A DNA stretch of 64,000 bases from Mobula hypostoma (taxonomy: Eukaryota), in NCBI RefSeq assembly GCF_963921235.1, contig NC_086118.1:20772001-20836000 (forward strand), written 5' to 3'. Below are positions 13,981-26,804 of this stretch, in pieces; position 1 is the first letter of the stretch, and each line of letters starts with the position of its first letter. The position numbers and the translations under genes were made by a program. The notes below the pieces were generated by a model. That model searched no databases, was not told the DNA's origin, and saw nothing but the letters and a program-made list of their open reading frames with translations.

Positions 13981-15371
13981 GTGTTTTTATTTGAGTATCA
14001 AATAACCTGGAATGTTTTGTACCCTGCAACCACGTTTCTGTAATTGCTATGAAAATATTCATTTATTCCTTTTTGTGTCATTAACTCATCTGTCAGTTGA
14101 CAAAATTCTGCCTTCTCATAGATTAAGACTTTTGACTTAATCTTTTCCTCAAGCTTTCACTTTTACTGTTGTATTTTCTCTTGTTCTAGTTTCTGCTGCA
14201 CTTATATTTTTCCATTATTTCCTGGCATGCTTCAATTTTTATTCACCCCTTCACTACTGTGTGTCAGTTTTGCCTTACATTTTGATTTATTACACTTTCT
14301 ATTACCTCTATGACTCTGTTCACTAGTTCCCATTCCCCTTCACCCTCACCACCTGGCTAGTTAGTATAACCGTCTGTAATGTGTTAGGTCAGTGCCGCAG
14401 GAAAAAATTGTGTCTTACTGCAATGGCTATTGTCCCCAGCACTGAAATGGAAGAAGTTCCTCCCACACCAATCTTTGAACCACATTGACTTATCTGTTTT
14501 TATGCTCGTTTGCATAAAGCACAGGTAATATTGTGGATATCTTTATCTTTGTGGTTCTTTTCAGTTTTGCTCTGAGTTATTCATAATCCTTCAGCAAGAC
14601 CTTCTTTGCCCTATCTATTGAGATTTGTGCAACATGGATCCTCCCCTTCCCATTAAAGCCCAGAAAAGTTAACCATAATCTTGGCACTGAGTAGTCAATA
14701 CAGCAATCAGCAATCATAGGGTGAATGTGCAAACCCCACAAAGACAGCATCCAAAATCAGGAGTGAACCTAGCTCTACTCACCATGCTGCTGCTGTTCTC
14801 TCTTTTGGCCAGTCAGAAGAAATTTGATCTGGAAAGGGTGTTCAGAGTAATCTAGGCATCTTTATACATAAATTACTGAAAGTTAACAAGCAGGTAGAGC
14901 ACAGAATTGGAGAAATTAATTGTTTGCTGGCCTCTCCTCAAATTCTCCTGAAATACAAGATTAAAAGCGTCTTGATGCAGTTATGCAGGGTGCTAGTGAA
15001 TCCATACCTGAAATACAACGTGGACTGACCTCAATGTGTAAGGAAGGGTATGTTCACGAAAAAGAATGCAACAAAGTTTAACCAGATAAACTCCAGGGAT
15101 AGTGGAGGTATATTGTGCTACAAGGGGCGATTAAGTAAACTGGACTTGTGCTCTTTAGGTTTAAATAAATGAAAGATGAAATACAGAATTCTTACGGAGT
15201 GGACAGGATAGATGCAACATGCACACATTGGTGGAGGATTCAGGTCAGGCAGCGTTTATGGAGGAAAATAAACTATTTATTCTTCTTCCTGGCTTGCTGA
15301 GTTCCTCTAGCATTTTGTGCGTATGTTCAAGACCTCTAGCATCTGCAGGATCTTGTGAGTTTAGGATAGAT

Positions 15372-15740
15372 CATCATCATTGTTATGTGCTGTGTCATAT
15401 GATGTGGGCAATCATGGTCTTTTGACCATGGTTGTTTTTGGCAATTTTTTCTACAGAAGAGGTCATTGCCGCCTTCTGGGCAGTGCCTTTACAAGATGGG
15501 TGACCTCAGCCATTACCAATACTCTTCAGAGATTGTCTGCCGGGCGTCAGTGGTTGCATAACCAGGATGTGATATGCACCAGCTGCTTGTACGGCCATCC
15601 ACTACCTGCTCCCATGGCTTTGTGTGACCCTGATTGGTGGGGGGGGGGTATACCTTGCCCAAGGGAGACCTGCAGGCTAGCAGAGGGAAGGTGTACTTTA
15701 CACCTCATTTGGTAGAGATGTATCTTCACTCTGCCGCCTA
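15372..15740 (-). mobile_element. RTE-tailed non-autonomous retroposon (SINE-like) with 11-bp TSD
   Basis: TSD ttaggatagat at 15361-15371 and 15741-15751; (ATG)n tail. Homologous to 22778-23304. Confidence 0.7.
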
Positions 15741-16991
15741 TTAGGATAGATGCCTGAGCAAAATAAGGGAGGTGAGAAGATCTGCTTAGCTTGTTGTCGC
15801 ATTCACCAGAGTGCAATGAAGTTCCAAGTTTGCATGAGGCTCACAGAGTAAACAGTACTCATGGTAATAATAAAAATGACAATTAATACAATTACGAGCG
15901 CATTACAGCAGAATGATGCAAAATAATCCTATCCAGAGTTAGCAGATCTTTGTAACTCTATCCAAGGAGGGGTTGGAGGTTCAAATGCTGAGTATAGTTA
16001 AGACAGATAATGATCGATTTCTGAACATGTAGGAAATAAAATGTTTAAGATACATATGAATACAAGAATACTACAGCTGTAGCATGGAAGTATATTTGAT
16101 GCAAGTGGATGTAGGTTACAGTGTCAGCTGAAATAAAATGAAAATCTGAACTAATGCAATGGATTCTATTGTATCTTCCAATTTTTAAAAAAGGACAGTT
16201 AACAAGTTTGTATTGATAAATAAATATTATAGAACAAATAGTTACAGTAGATATGTAACTTTTATACAAAACTGTTCCATGGAATTGATTACTACTATTT
16301 TCTCAGATTGATGTGTCTCAAGCATTTGTATAAATATTTTATCAAGCTGCACTTATAGTAATGATATCTTGGTTATGACTATTGTAAATGGATTAATGGT
16401 TTGCCTCATGTAAGCTGATTGATAATTCACTGGTAAACTGTACCTTGCTTTCTATTGGGCACTTAATTTTGTTAATCACTTTAACAGATATACCATTTGT
16501 GTTTCTTATTTGTCATTTGAGTAGTCTTGCCTGGCCATCTCCTCTACTGTCAATTTCAGTTTAATTTGGTTCTTTGACTGGATAACACTATGCATCTCCC
16601 ATGAGTTCCCACCAAACCTTGGATCTCAATTTCAGTTTGAGACTATAAATTGGTGTTCCATTGCTTTATCCTGTTGGAAGTGAGAATTTGCTTTTGAGCT
16701 TCTGAATGATACGTTCCTATTTACTGTGTGACATTTAGTTTTCTATAGTACAAAGGTTCACAGCAAACCCATTAGCAGATAACTGAGGAATCGATGAAGA
16801 AGGCAGTCGAAATAAAATTCCATCCATTTCACAGCCAGGGAAGCTCAGCCATGGAAATAAAGGAATTGCAATGTGAGGCTTGGCTTGGGAAACAAGCAAA
16901 AATTGATAGATTGAAAAATAAGGTTTCATTTTGTATTTCACATTTCAGACATTAGATAGCTTGCATTATAATGTTTCTGAATAATTGTTAA

Positions 16992-17192
<201 letters not shown>

Positions 17193-17499
17193 TAGTTCAT
17201 CAGTAACGGAGTTTTGGTCAGGCTTCTTCACATAGCTTCTTCATTTTAACTGATCTATCAGAAGCCTTTGTTTGTAGTACCTGTTTTAGTTTTGAGTGAA
17301 AAGAACATTTCCAAACAGATTTTTTATAAAAGTATTTTGAATTTCTATTTTCATTTTTGATGTTGCCAGAACTGAGAAAAGATTGAAATTAGAGACAAGA
17401 AATTAGGAATATTTTTGAAGTGGGTGAGCACATAAATAAAGGTTAAACATTTTTATTCTTAATTTTTGTTTAGAAATGATGTTCATTATATCTTTTTAG

Positions 17500-17654
17500 G
17501 TATCAGCGTGGGAGCAGGTCTTTGGCTCTAAACTTACAAATGGCAGGTCAAAGTCAACCAATTAACGATATTGCATCCAGAAAGAAAATGGAATTAAAAG
17601 CAGAGGATGATGATGATGATTATGATATTCCTGAAGAGATAGAGAATGTGATAG
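17500..17654 (+). CDS. TBCD: TBCD internal coding exon (155 nt; equivalent to human exon 10)
   Basis: tctttttag|G TAT CAG...ATAG|gtgcgt. Encodes (R)YQRGSRSLALNLQMAGQSQPINDIASRKKMELKAEDDDDDYDIPEEIENVI(E). Confidence 0.96.
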
Positions 17655-17959
17655 GTGCGTTATGATGAGTAAAATATATTACTCTCTGAATGTTTGTTGT
17701 GGACTGCCATAATCAGACATTTTAGAGCAGTTTGGTGCAGGCTTTTTGTATAAATGAACAATTTTTAGTTAAACATATTAGAATATTTATGACTAATAAT
17801 CACTACTATTGATCTACGCATTTCTGAAATGTGAGTGGAAGATGGAAATGAAGACTATTGGTCTTGATAGATAAATGGTAGGTTGCCGCTGAAATGATCC
17901 CCTCAAAATTTAGTTCTTTAAAGTTGTGAGTACTTGAGGTACATGAGCTTAAAGTTAAT

Positions 17960-18215
17960 AGTCACAGTCATAGTCATACTTTATTAATCCCTGGGGAAAT
18001 TGGTTTTTGTTACAGTTGCTCCATAAATAATAAACAGTAATAGAACCATAAATAGTTAAATAGTAATATGTAAATTATGCCAGTAAATTATGAAATAAGT
18101 CTAGGACCAGCCTATTGGCTCAGGATGTCTGACCCTCCAAGGGAGGAGTTGTAAAGTTTGTTGGCCACAGGCAGGAATGACTTCCTATGACGCTCAGTGC
18201 TGCATCTCGGTGGAC
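17960..18215 (-). mobile_element. Rex1/Babar-type LINE short 3' fragment
   Basis: Closely matches 12274-12528. Confidence 0.85.
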
Positions 18216-18355
18216 TCGGTTAACATTTCCAAGTGGTACCGAAATGTAGGTTCATTAATTTTAGCTGGTTTGTTGCAATGAACTTTCATCCATAAATAAG
18301 AAAAGGTGAATTGTCAGAATTTACTTCCTTGATTGCCAAACCTCTTTTGGAAAGA

Positions 18356-18356
18356 T

Positions 18357-18395
<39 letters not shown>
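18356..18395. repeat. Compound (TG)n(AG)n microsatellite followed by (AAAT/AAAC)n
   Basis: Directly visible. Confidence 0.9.
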
Positions 18396-18396
<1 letters not shown>

Positions 18397-19137
18397 ATGA
18401 ATAAATAAGTAAACAAACAAACGAACAAATAAATAAATATTGGGTCAAGCACAATTTACCTGGACTGCAGCGCCCAATAGTCGAAGAATCCATTGTCTGA
18501 TATAGTACATGCTTGCATACTGATACTGAGATATTGTAGGGTTTCTACAGGCCCATTGCAATTCTTCCTATTTGTACAACGCTTTCAGAATGAAAAATGA
18601 GAACCGCTGGTAAGCGAGAAGGAATTTTGTCATGTTTTTTTCATTGTGAAGGATTTAAGTGCTGTCAATTGAAACACCTGTTTGGGAACTTGTGATATAA
18701 TTGAACTCTTCAAACCTTAAGTAGGTGAAGAATAAAGTTGTCAGTGCTCTTTTGAATAAGAAAACTATGTTAAATGGGATCAGCCAATCTACTACCTTTT
18801 AACAAAATTACCAATTCACATGTCCATTGGAGAAGCTGAAGTGCTCTCATTCATAATTTATGAGAATAGATTTCTTATAAATTTGAGGTACTTCATTTAT
18901 TGAATGAAGTTTATCAGGCTTCTAAAGCCATTTGAAATTTAGAAGAACACAGATCCTAAAAATTTGAACTGAAACAAATAACTGAATACTCTGTAATTCA
19001 GACAACGTTATTGCCTTGCTGTTTGCATGATGACATTACATTTTTTGCAATGCATTTTAATTGTGGAATCATTGGCTGCAAATAAATTAAAACTGCTGTC
19101 ACATTCTACTTGAGGTTTTTTTCTGATCCTTTTCTAG

Positions 19138-19198
19138 AGCAACTGCTGTTTGGATTGAAGGACAGAGATACTATTGTAAGATGGTCTGCAGCTAAAGG
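19138..19198 (+). CDS. TBCD: TBCD internal coding exon (61 nt; equivalent to human exon 11)
   Basis: ccttttctag|AG CAA...AAAGG|gtgagt. Encodes (E)QLLFGLKDRDTIVRWSAAK(G). Confidence 0.96.
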
Positions 19199-19382
19199 GT
19201 GAGTAAATTGGCCTGTTTTGGATATACATTCCTGTGTTAATGCAATATGCAGTTATAGGATCTCCTATCAAACTTTGAACTTTACTTTGACTTCCTTAGT
19301 TGAGAACAAATGCATTGTATAAGGAGCACTCACAATGCGCTGGAGGAACTCAGCAGGTCAGTCTGCATCAGTTGAAAAGATT

Positions 19383-19418
19383 AGTCGACGTTTCGGGCTG
19401 AAACCCTTCGTCAGGACT
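19383..19418 (-). ncRNA. Minimal type I hammerhead ribozyme motif (Penelope-associated)
   Basis: RNA AGUC-CUGACGA-A-GGGU UUCA GCCC-GAAAC-GUC/GACU: both core boxes intact, stem I AGUC/GACU, stem II with a 4-nt loop, GUC cleavage triplet, palindromic ACGU in place of stem III. Confidence 0.8.
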
Positions 19419-20325
19419 GAAAGAAGAACTTTGGGGAAGGTTTGAAGAATGCTGGTAGTTGAAAAAAACAGTAATTTTAAAGACAAAGGGGTGGGGGAGG
19501 GGAAGCAGGGAGGTGATTGGCAGGAGAACAATGCGAAGTCGTAGAAGGAGGCAGAACTATGAGGGAGGTGATGTGAAATAGGGATAGAGGAAGGGAGGGG
19601 GAGGGAATTACTGGAAGTTGGAGAATTCTATGTTCATACCAAGGGGCTGGAGACTACCTAGACGGTATATGAGGTGTTGCTCCTCCAACCTGAGATTAGC
19701 CTCATCATGGTAGTAGAGGAGGCCATGTATGGACATATCTGAATGGGAATGAGAAGCAGAGTTGAAGTGGGTGGCTCCCGGGAGATCCTGTCTGTTGTGG
19801 CGGACGGAGTGGAGGTGCTCGACGAAGCGGTCCCCCAATCTGCGTCGGGTTTCACCGATGTAGAGGAGGCTGCACCGGGAGCACCAGATGCAATAGATGA
19901 CCCCAACAGTCTCACAAGTGAAGTGTTGCCTCACCTGGAAGGACTGTTTGGGGCCCTGAATGGTGGCAAGAGAGGAGGTGTAGGGACAGGTGTAGCACTT
20001 ATGCTTACAGGGATAAGTGCCGGGTGGGAGATCCGTGGGGATGGACGTGCAGATAAGTGAGTCACGGAGTCCCCCCCCTTCCTCTATCCCTATGTCACTC
20101 TGCCCCCTCCCCAGCTGCCTATCACCTCCCTCATGGTTCCGCCTCCTTCTACTACCCATTGTGTTTTCCCCTATTCCTTCTTCACCTTTCCTGCCTATCA
20201 CCTCCCTGCCTCCCCTCCCCCACCCCTTTATCTTTCCCCTTAATAGTTTTTCACCTGGCACCTACCAGCCTTCTCCTTCCCACCCTCCCCCCACCTTCTT
20301 TACAGGGCCTCTGCCCCTTCTCTCT

Positions 20326-20365
20326 ACAGTCCTGACGAAGGGTTCCGGCCGGAAACGTTGACTGT
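20326..20365 (+). ncRNA. Hammerhead ribozyme motif, slightly degenerate
   Basis: ACAGUC-CUGACGA-AGGGUUCCGGCCG-GAAAC-GUU/GACUGU: 6-bp stem I and intact core, but the closing stem II pair is mismatched (G.G). Confidence 0.65.
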
Positions 20366-20469
20366 TCTTTTCCACGGATGCTGCCTGACCTGCTGAGTTC
20401 CTCTAGCGTGTTGTGAGTGTTGATTTGACCCCAGCATCAGCAGAGTATTTTGTGTTTAAAAAACGCTTG

Positions 20470-20955
20470 AAGCTATCATTAAGGAATAAATTGCAAGACA
20501 CCTGGGTAGAAGTGGTTCCAGCAGGCAGGCGCAGCATGGATTAAGGAAAGGCCAAATCTGTTTGATAAACTTACTGGAGTTCTTTGAGGATATAACAAGT
20601 AGAATGGATAGGGGGAGCTTGTGTATGTTGTATATTTGGATTTCCGGAAGGCATTTGATAAGATGCACGTGGAAAGAGTTAGACAAAATAAGGTTGCATG
20701 GAGATAATTTAATAGCATGGATGGAGGATTGGTTAAGCAATAGAAGGCAGAGATTTGGGATAAATGGGTGTTTCTCTGGTTGGCAATCAGAGGCGAGCAG
20801 AGTGCCACTGGGGTCAGTGCTGGGCCTGCAGCTGTTGATGATATACATTAACAATTTGGAAAAAGGGACCAAATGTAGTGTATCTAAGTTTGCTGAAGAC
20901 ACTAACTTCAGTCCAAAGCAAATTCTGCAGAGGATGCAAAGAGTCTGCAGAGAGA
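20470..20955 (+). mobile_element. CR1-type RT fragment
   Basis: INLLEFFEDITSRMD...WMEDWLSNRRQR...VPLGSVLG...IYINNL...SKFAEDT. Confidence 0.8.
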
Positions 20956-21114
20956 TATACATTCAGTGGCCATTTTATTAGGTGCTTCCTGAACCACACA
21001 AGAGACTTGTGTGTGAAAATCCCAGGAGATCAGCAGTTTCTGAGATACTCAAACTGCTTTGTCTGACATCAACAATCATTCCATAATTACTAGCGCCCAT
21101 GATGCAGCTGGCTG

Positions 21115-21720
21115 AGTTTATGACTTTCTACTGCTTTTTCTGATCCTGTGCAATGGCTCCTCTGTACCAGAAGATGATGCAGCCAGTTTGAATAGATCTT
21201 CAGAGATATTGACACTCAGGAATTTGAAACTGCTCATCCTTTCATCTTCTGATTCCTCAATGAGGACTGGAGTGTGTTCCCTCGATTTTTCCTTTCTGAA
21301 GTCCACAGTCAATTTGCTTGTCTTACTGACTGTTGAGTGCAGGGTTGTTGTTTTGACACCATTCAACCTGCTGATCTATCTCACTCCTGTACACCACCTC
21401 ATCACCATCTGAACTTCTGCCATCAAAGGTTGTGTCATTGGCAAATTTATAGATGATGTTTGAGCTGTGTGTAGCCACATGGTCATGGATGTGGAGAGAG
21501 CAGAGCAATGGGCTAAGCACATATCTTTGAGGTGCACCAGTGTTGATTGTCAGCGAGGAGGAGATGTTATTTCCGATCCTCACTATGACTATGGTCTCCC
21601 AGTGAGGAAGTCAAATATCTAGTTGGAAAGGGATGTACAGGGGCCCAGTTCTGGAACTTGTTGATTTGAAAAGAAGGTATGATTATGTGGAACATTGAAC
21701 TGTAATCAATTAACAGCAGT
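21115..21720 (-). mobile_element. Rex1/Babar-like RT fragment
   Basis: TGAPQRYVLSPLL...YKFANDT...VSKTSKLTVDFRK...SFKFLSVNISEDL. Confidence 0.75.
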
Positions 21721-22777
21721 ATATTTGTGCAGTATATTTCTTCTGTTCTGTTTTATGTGTGCAGCATTGCTGTTTCCAGCAACTCTGAAGGCACAAAAAA
21801 AGAGTTTGGCTTTATTCTTTACATGGCTTTACTCTTTAAACCTATGAGTGTAAGTTACCAGTACATATAATCAGCATCTTTGAAGAAGCATTGGCTGTTG
21901 AAAGGCCAAACAATACTTAGAAAATCGCAAAAGTACAAAATCTCTCACAGTTGGATCTGCTGATGGAGTTGGATTTCTCCATTGTTCTTCAGGAAATGGA
22001 TGTATTCCTCCAGTATGATGATGCTCTGAGCCTAGAAATATCATCTCCAGTATTTTTGGGCTGGTCTTCTGTTTGTGACAATTTTAACTAGAAATCAGAG
22101 TAGAAACATTGGGAAATGCTTTAATGTCATGATGTTCTTCTTGATTTCTATTAACCTGGATATCTGTCGTTGAGTGTGCCGTGTGTTTGAGTGTGTCTTG
22201 TGAAGTGCTGTTTAAAATGTATTAATGTTGCAGATAAAACAGACATTCTCGAGGCAATTCAAAATATTGAAGCTCCCACCTTGTGGGTTCATGGTATTTC
22301 TTGTATCATTGGTCTATCTGGTGTTCTTATGTTCTTATAGAACAGTACAGCACAGGAACTGGCCCCTCGACCCATGATGTCTCTGTCAAACACAGCGCCA
22401 AAATAAACTAAATTTCTTCTCCCTGCACATGATTCATAGTCCTCCATTCCTTCCATATTCATGTGTCTAGCTAAAAATCTCTTAAATGCCACCATTACAT
22501 CTGCTTCCATACTGCCTTTAGCAACCATTACATTCAGGGAAGAGCATTGACATGCCACTATCATCTGCCGTCTGTGGCTCTGCATGGCTTCTTCCTTGTC
22601 CTTCTTGTACCATTTATCTGATTCCTGCAAATTTTATGCTGTTGTCAGAACATTGGAGTTAGGGGAGTGAGTGTAGGCTTTCTTCATCACCCGTGCCTTT
22701 TGCCTCTTGCCTCTTGCCTCTTTTCATCAGTGAAAATGCGCTTACTGCTCTGTTGTGGCCAATGTTAATTGGTCCTT

Positions 22778-23304
22778 TAAGGAGAACATTCCAGACAACG
22801 AAGTCGAGTGCCGGCAACCATGATCAAATTAATGATAATAGGTAATGACTCTGTGGATCTTCCCTTTAGTGAAAGTGTTTCCAGTGAAACCACACTTGGC
22901 TTCTTAAACTGGGACCATGTCAAAAACACGTGTGGCGGGATGGAGATACATCCCTGCCAAAGGAAGTGTAAGGCTTTGCTTCCCTCCTCTAGCCCGGAGG
23001 TCACCTTTGGGCAAGTGGAACACCTGCTTAGCCCCCCCAATCAGGGTCACCTGAAGCTATGGGAGCTGGTGATGGATGGTCACATGAGTAGCTGGTGCAC
23101 ATCACAAGTCCTAGTTATGTGACCCCTGATGCCAGGCAGACAATACCTGAAGAGTATTGATAATGGTTGGGGTCACCTGTCTTGTAAAGACACTGCCCAG
23201 AAGAAGGCAATGGCAAACCACTTTATAGAAAAAATTTGCTGAGAACAATCAAGGTTATAGGAAGACCATGACCGTCTACATCAATGACATGGCATATAAT
23301 GAAC
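22778..23304 (+). mobile_element. RTE-tailed non-autonomous retroposon (SINE-like)
   Basis: Homologous to 15372-15740. The 3' part gaagaaggcaatggcaaaccact resembles the BovB/RTE 3' tail motif (recalled). Confidence 0.65.
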
Positions 23305-23308
23305 AATA

Positions 23309-24159
23309 TGTGACAAGAATACACATAGATGTTAGCTGTCCTGTGTGATCAGCAGTTGATCTGCCACCTGTCTTCGGGAGAGAGAGAGATAAGGAAGACA
23401 ATGGAACAGCATTTGGAGATGTGTAATGAAGGGACGGGAGAGAGAGCTGTCTAGAGCGGCTCCCCCTTTGAACCCTGAACTGTTTGAAGTGATGGACAGG
23501 CGATACCCCAGCAGGGGGATAAAAAGGGACATGTTCGCTAAGGCAACACACACGACACCCGAGGTAACGAGACCCTGGAAGCGGTGCGCCTCTCACAAGT
23601 CGGTGGGAAGCTCTTGGACGGCTGATCGCGGGATCAGCCTTAGACGCTCAGGGTGGAAAGGCACGATCGGCGGGAACCTGGTGTGTGTCCACCCTTGCCT
23701 GGGTGCCAGGTTCAGCGCAGAGAAACGGTCGTATCTGGAAATGGAGGGGTCACGGTCGGTGACCTCAGATGACATCACAAAGGGCTCGCCCGAAAGCTGA
23801 CTGCGAAGGTCTGTGTGGAAGCTGTGTTGAATATTCATTCGTTTTGCTCTCTCTCCTCCCCCCCACCACTGTCCATCGCCATTGCAACGATTACTGCAAA
23901 CTGAACTAAATTGAACTGAACTTTGTGTCACTTTGAAACTGGTCATTTACCCCTAGACAACGATAGAGCTTGATTAATCTTGTTATCTTAATTCTGTGTA
24001 CATGTGTGTTTATCATTGCTGAACTGTTGCATTTATTATCCTTTCGATTACTGTGTTGCTTGTTTCTTTAATAAAACTTTCTTAGTTCTAGTAATCCAGA
24101 CTCCCAACTGAGTGATCCATTTCTGCTGGTTTGGCAACCCAGTTACGGGGTACGTAACA
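23309..24159 (+). mobile_element. Solo LTR (851 bp), probably Gypsy-type
   Basis: TGTGAC...GTAACA termini; 4-bp TSD AATA (23305-23308 and 24160-24163); TATA-like gataaaaa at about 23518; AATAAA at about 24070; CpG-rich compared with the flanks. Confidence 0.85.
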
Positions 24160-26161
24160 AATATCAAAAACATCAATCTTGCTGCACAGACATGTGTTGT
24201 GAAGAATTTCTAGACACTGCCTGCTATCTTCAAACATTGTGATTTTATTTTCTAATTCAACTTTTAAATAATATTTCAATCATGAATATTGCTAGTTAGA
24301 CGTTTTGATTCTTTGCAAAGTGAATGATATAAAGCCCCCATAATAATATTCTTACTTTACATCTCACTGTGATTCCATTGCACAAAAGTAACTATCTTTA
24401 GACATTTCACCCATTTTAAATGCCCTAAATGGGACCTGTATTTTGTTTGAATATAAACTTATGATTCACCAGATATAAATCACATAAGCAGGGCATACTC
24501 TCTTTAAGAAATCACCTCCATGGTTTCCTTCCATTTAAAAGCTTACAAAGCTGACTTTTGCCTGAGGTCACAACTGCTTTCTCATTTGTGTATTGCCTAA
24601 GGGGAAGCAGATTAGCATTGTTAAAAGTTCTAATTCTGCTGGAGTCTAACAGTCTAAAATGATGATGAGCAAAAAGGGAAAGTGGAAAGTGCAGAAAATG
24701 GAAGGTAAGTGGTGAATGTGAAGGAGAATTCAGTAGAAGGGGTACTTGGATCATGAAGCATGGAATGGGCAACGAGGCTGCAGCATATACTGTGGAATAA
24801 TGTGATTGGCATCTATGGTGATTGGGCCACTGGCATAGTAGTCGCTTTACACCAGTCATCTTATGTAAAGATATTTATCACTGTTCATAAAATTTTATTG
24901 TTTACAAATCCATACAGGTGCCCCCACATTGTGCAAATTTGCCCTTAGAGAATCCTCAAATCAGTACCTAATAATGTGAGATATAGAATAAAATTTGCTT
25001 TCGTCGTAGAATTTATATGATTAAAAATGAATAAATTAGCACACTTTTCTTTTGTGATGCATATGCAGGTGATGCGGCTTTGTGTAACAGGAGATCACAA
25101 TATAGACCGGTTTTAGGGCATAGCCCCCATGTAATGTGGAGGCCTCCTGCAATGGGGTATCAGACAAAATAATGTTGCATGTTCCATTGGGTGCTCTTCA
25201 ATCTTTGTTCTACTCCAAGTGAGCAACAAAAGCTGTAATCCATAAAATTTTGATCCAGTTTAAGTTAGTGGGTTGGAAACTTGAGCTGTACATATTGATG
25301 TCTTCACGTGATATATGATGGAAAAATTATGTTAGCATTTGGGTGATTTGTGCCAAGTCCAATCTTCACTAGAAATTGGCAGCCATACTACAAGAGATGC
25401 TCAGAATGTTTTCCCATAAAATTATGCATAAAGAGGAGGCATATTTTTCCGAATTTTCCATCAAAATTTGAAGCTTTGTTTGGGATTAGTTTCACAACAT
25501 CGGAGGTACGATTGTATCTTTCCATTCTGTTCATAAATTTCTTTCTCTAAAAATATCTAGTGTAGAAAGGTAGGTTTGCAACTTAATAAAGCACATTTTG
25601 TTACTTGGAACATGCCAACACCCGTTATTACTTTTTTGAACTGGTGTTGTAGAAGGTGAATGGAGAAATTGAAATGCTGCCCTCTTGTGAAAAGCATTTC
25701 AGTGTTTCAAGAGACTAGGCATCCTGACTCTGGAATGAAAGAGCTTGCTTTTTACTTGGAGCTTCATAACATAGGATAACAGCAGATTACATAAATGATG
25801 AGTAAATTTGCTCATGTATGTACTTTATCTTGATTGTCCTATAGAGCTCTCTTTTTGCATTTTAATAGCCTTATTTGTTTGTCTGTGTTCACTCAAATGG
25901 GCACATACACACTTTGATAACAAACTTCAGTATTGGTCTGATTATGTATTTAAATACTTCAAGGAATTTTGTAGACATGTTAGTGCATTCAGGAGTTAAC
26001 TGCATGTCCTCTAAACAAAATTAAGTAGTTCATTTTACTAATTTTAATGCTGAATGTGTTCTCTGTTTTACCTTAACTTTGCATTGTATAAAGGACACGC
26101 TCTATTGAGAGCATAATTTGTATATATACTTGTATACAATGAAAAGAACAATCACATATGT

Positions 26162-26536
<375 letters not shown>

Positions 26537-26804
26537 TAATTATTTGTTGTTTTGTTATGTTTCCATTTGTTTTGGCTTTGTATTTAATAACGTATCACCA
26601 TTCACATTATATAAACTCTGCAGTCCTTATAATTTAATCTAATATTTCACCTTGTGATTCAAAAGGAGTTCAAAGCCTAACTCGGGCCAGATGTTTGCTT
26701 GGGCTAGTGATGCCATTGGCGCAGTACAGTAGTTTTGTGCTGTTGAAGTCAATCCTATGGCCATTGCAAATGCAATGTTCTGCTATCACCAATTTCTTTG
26801 GGTA

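Larger units (their letters stand above)
19325..20456 (-). mobile_element. Penelope-like element: GIY-YIG fragment flanked by inverted terminal repeats, each carrying a hammerhead motif
   Basis: GVIYCIWCSRCSLLYIGETRRRLGDRFVEHLHSVRH...LIYRLGSLQPLGMN (19608-20068). Segment 20069-20456 is an inverted copy of 19325-19607. Confidence 0.9.

Noticed and set aside
19608..20261. 217-aa ORF as a novel nuclease gene
   Set aside because: Chimeric: the N-terminal Gly/Arg-rich part is the antisense of the inverted terminal repeat, and the rest is a Penelope GIY-YIG fragment with no RT.
23276..23946. 106-124-aa ORFs within the LTR
   Set aside because: No recognisable gag, pol or env motifs; expected by chance in GC-richer sequence.
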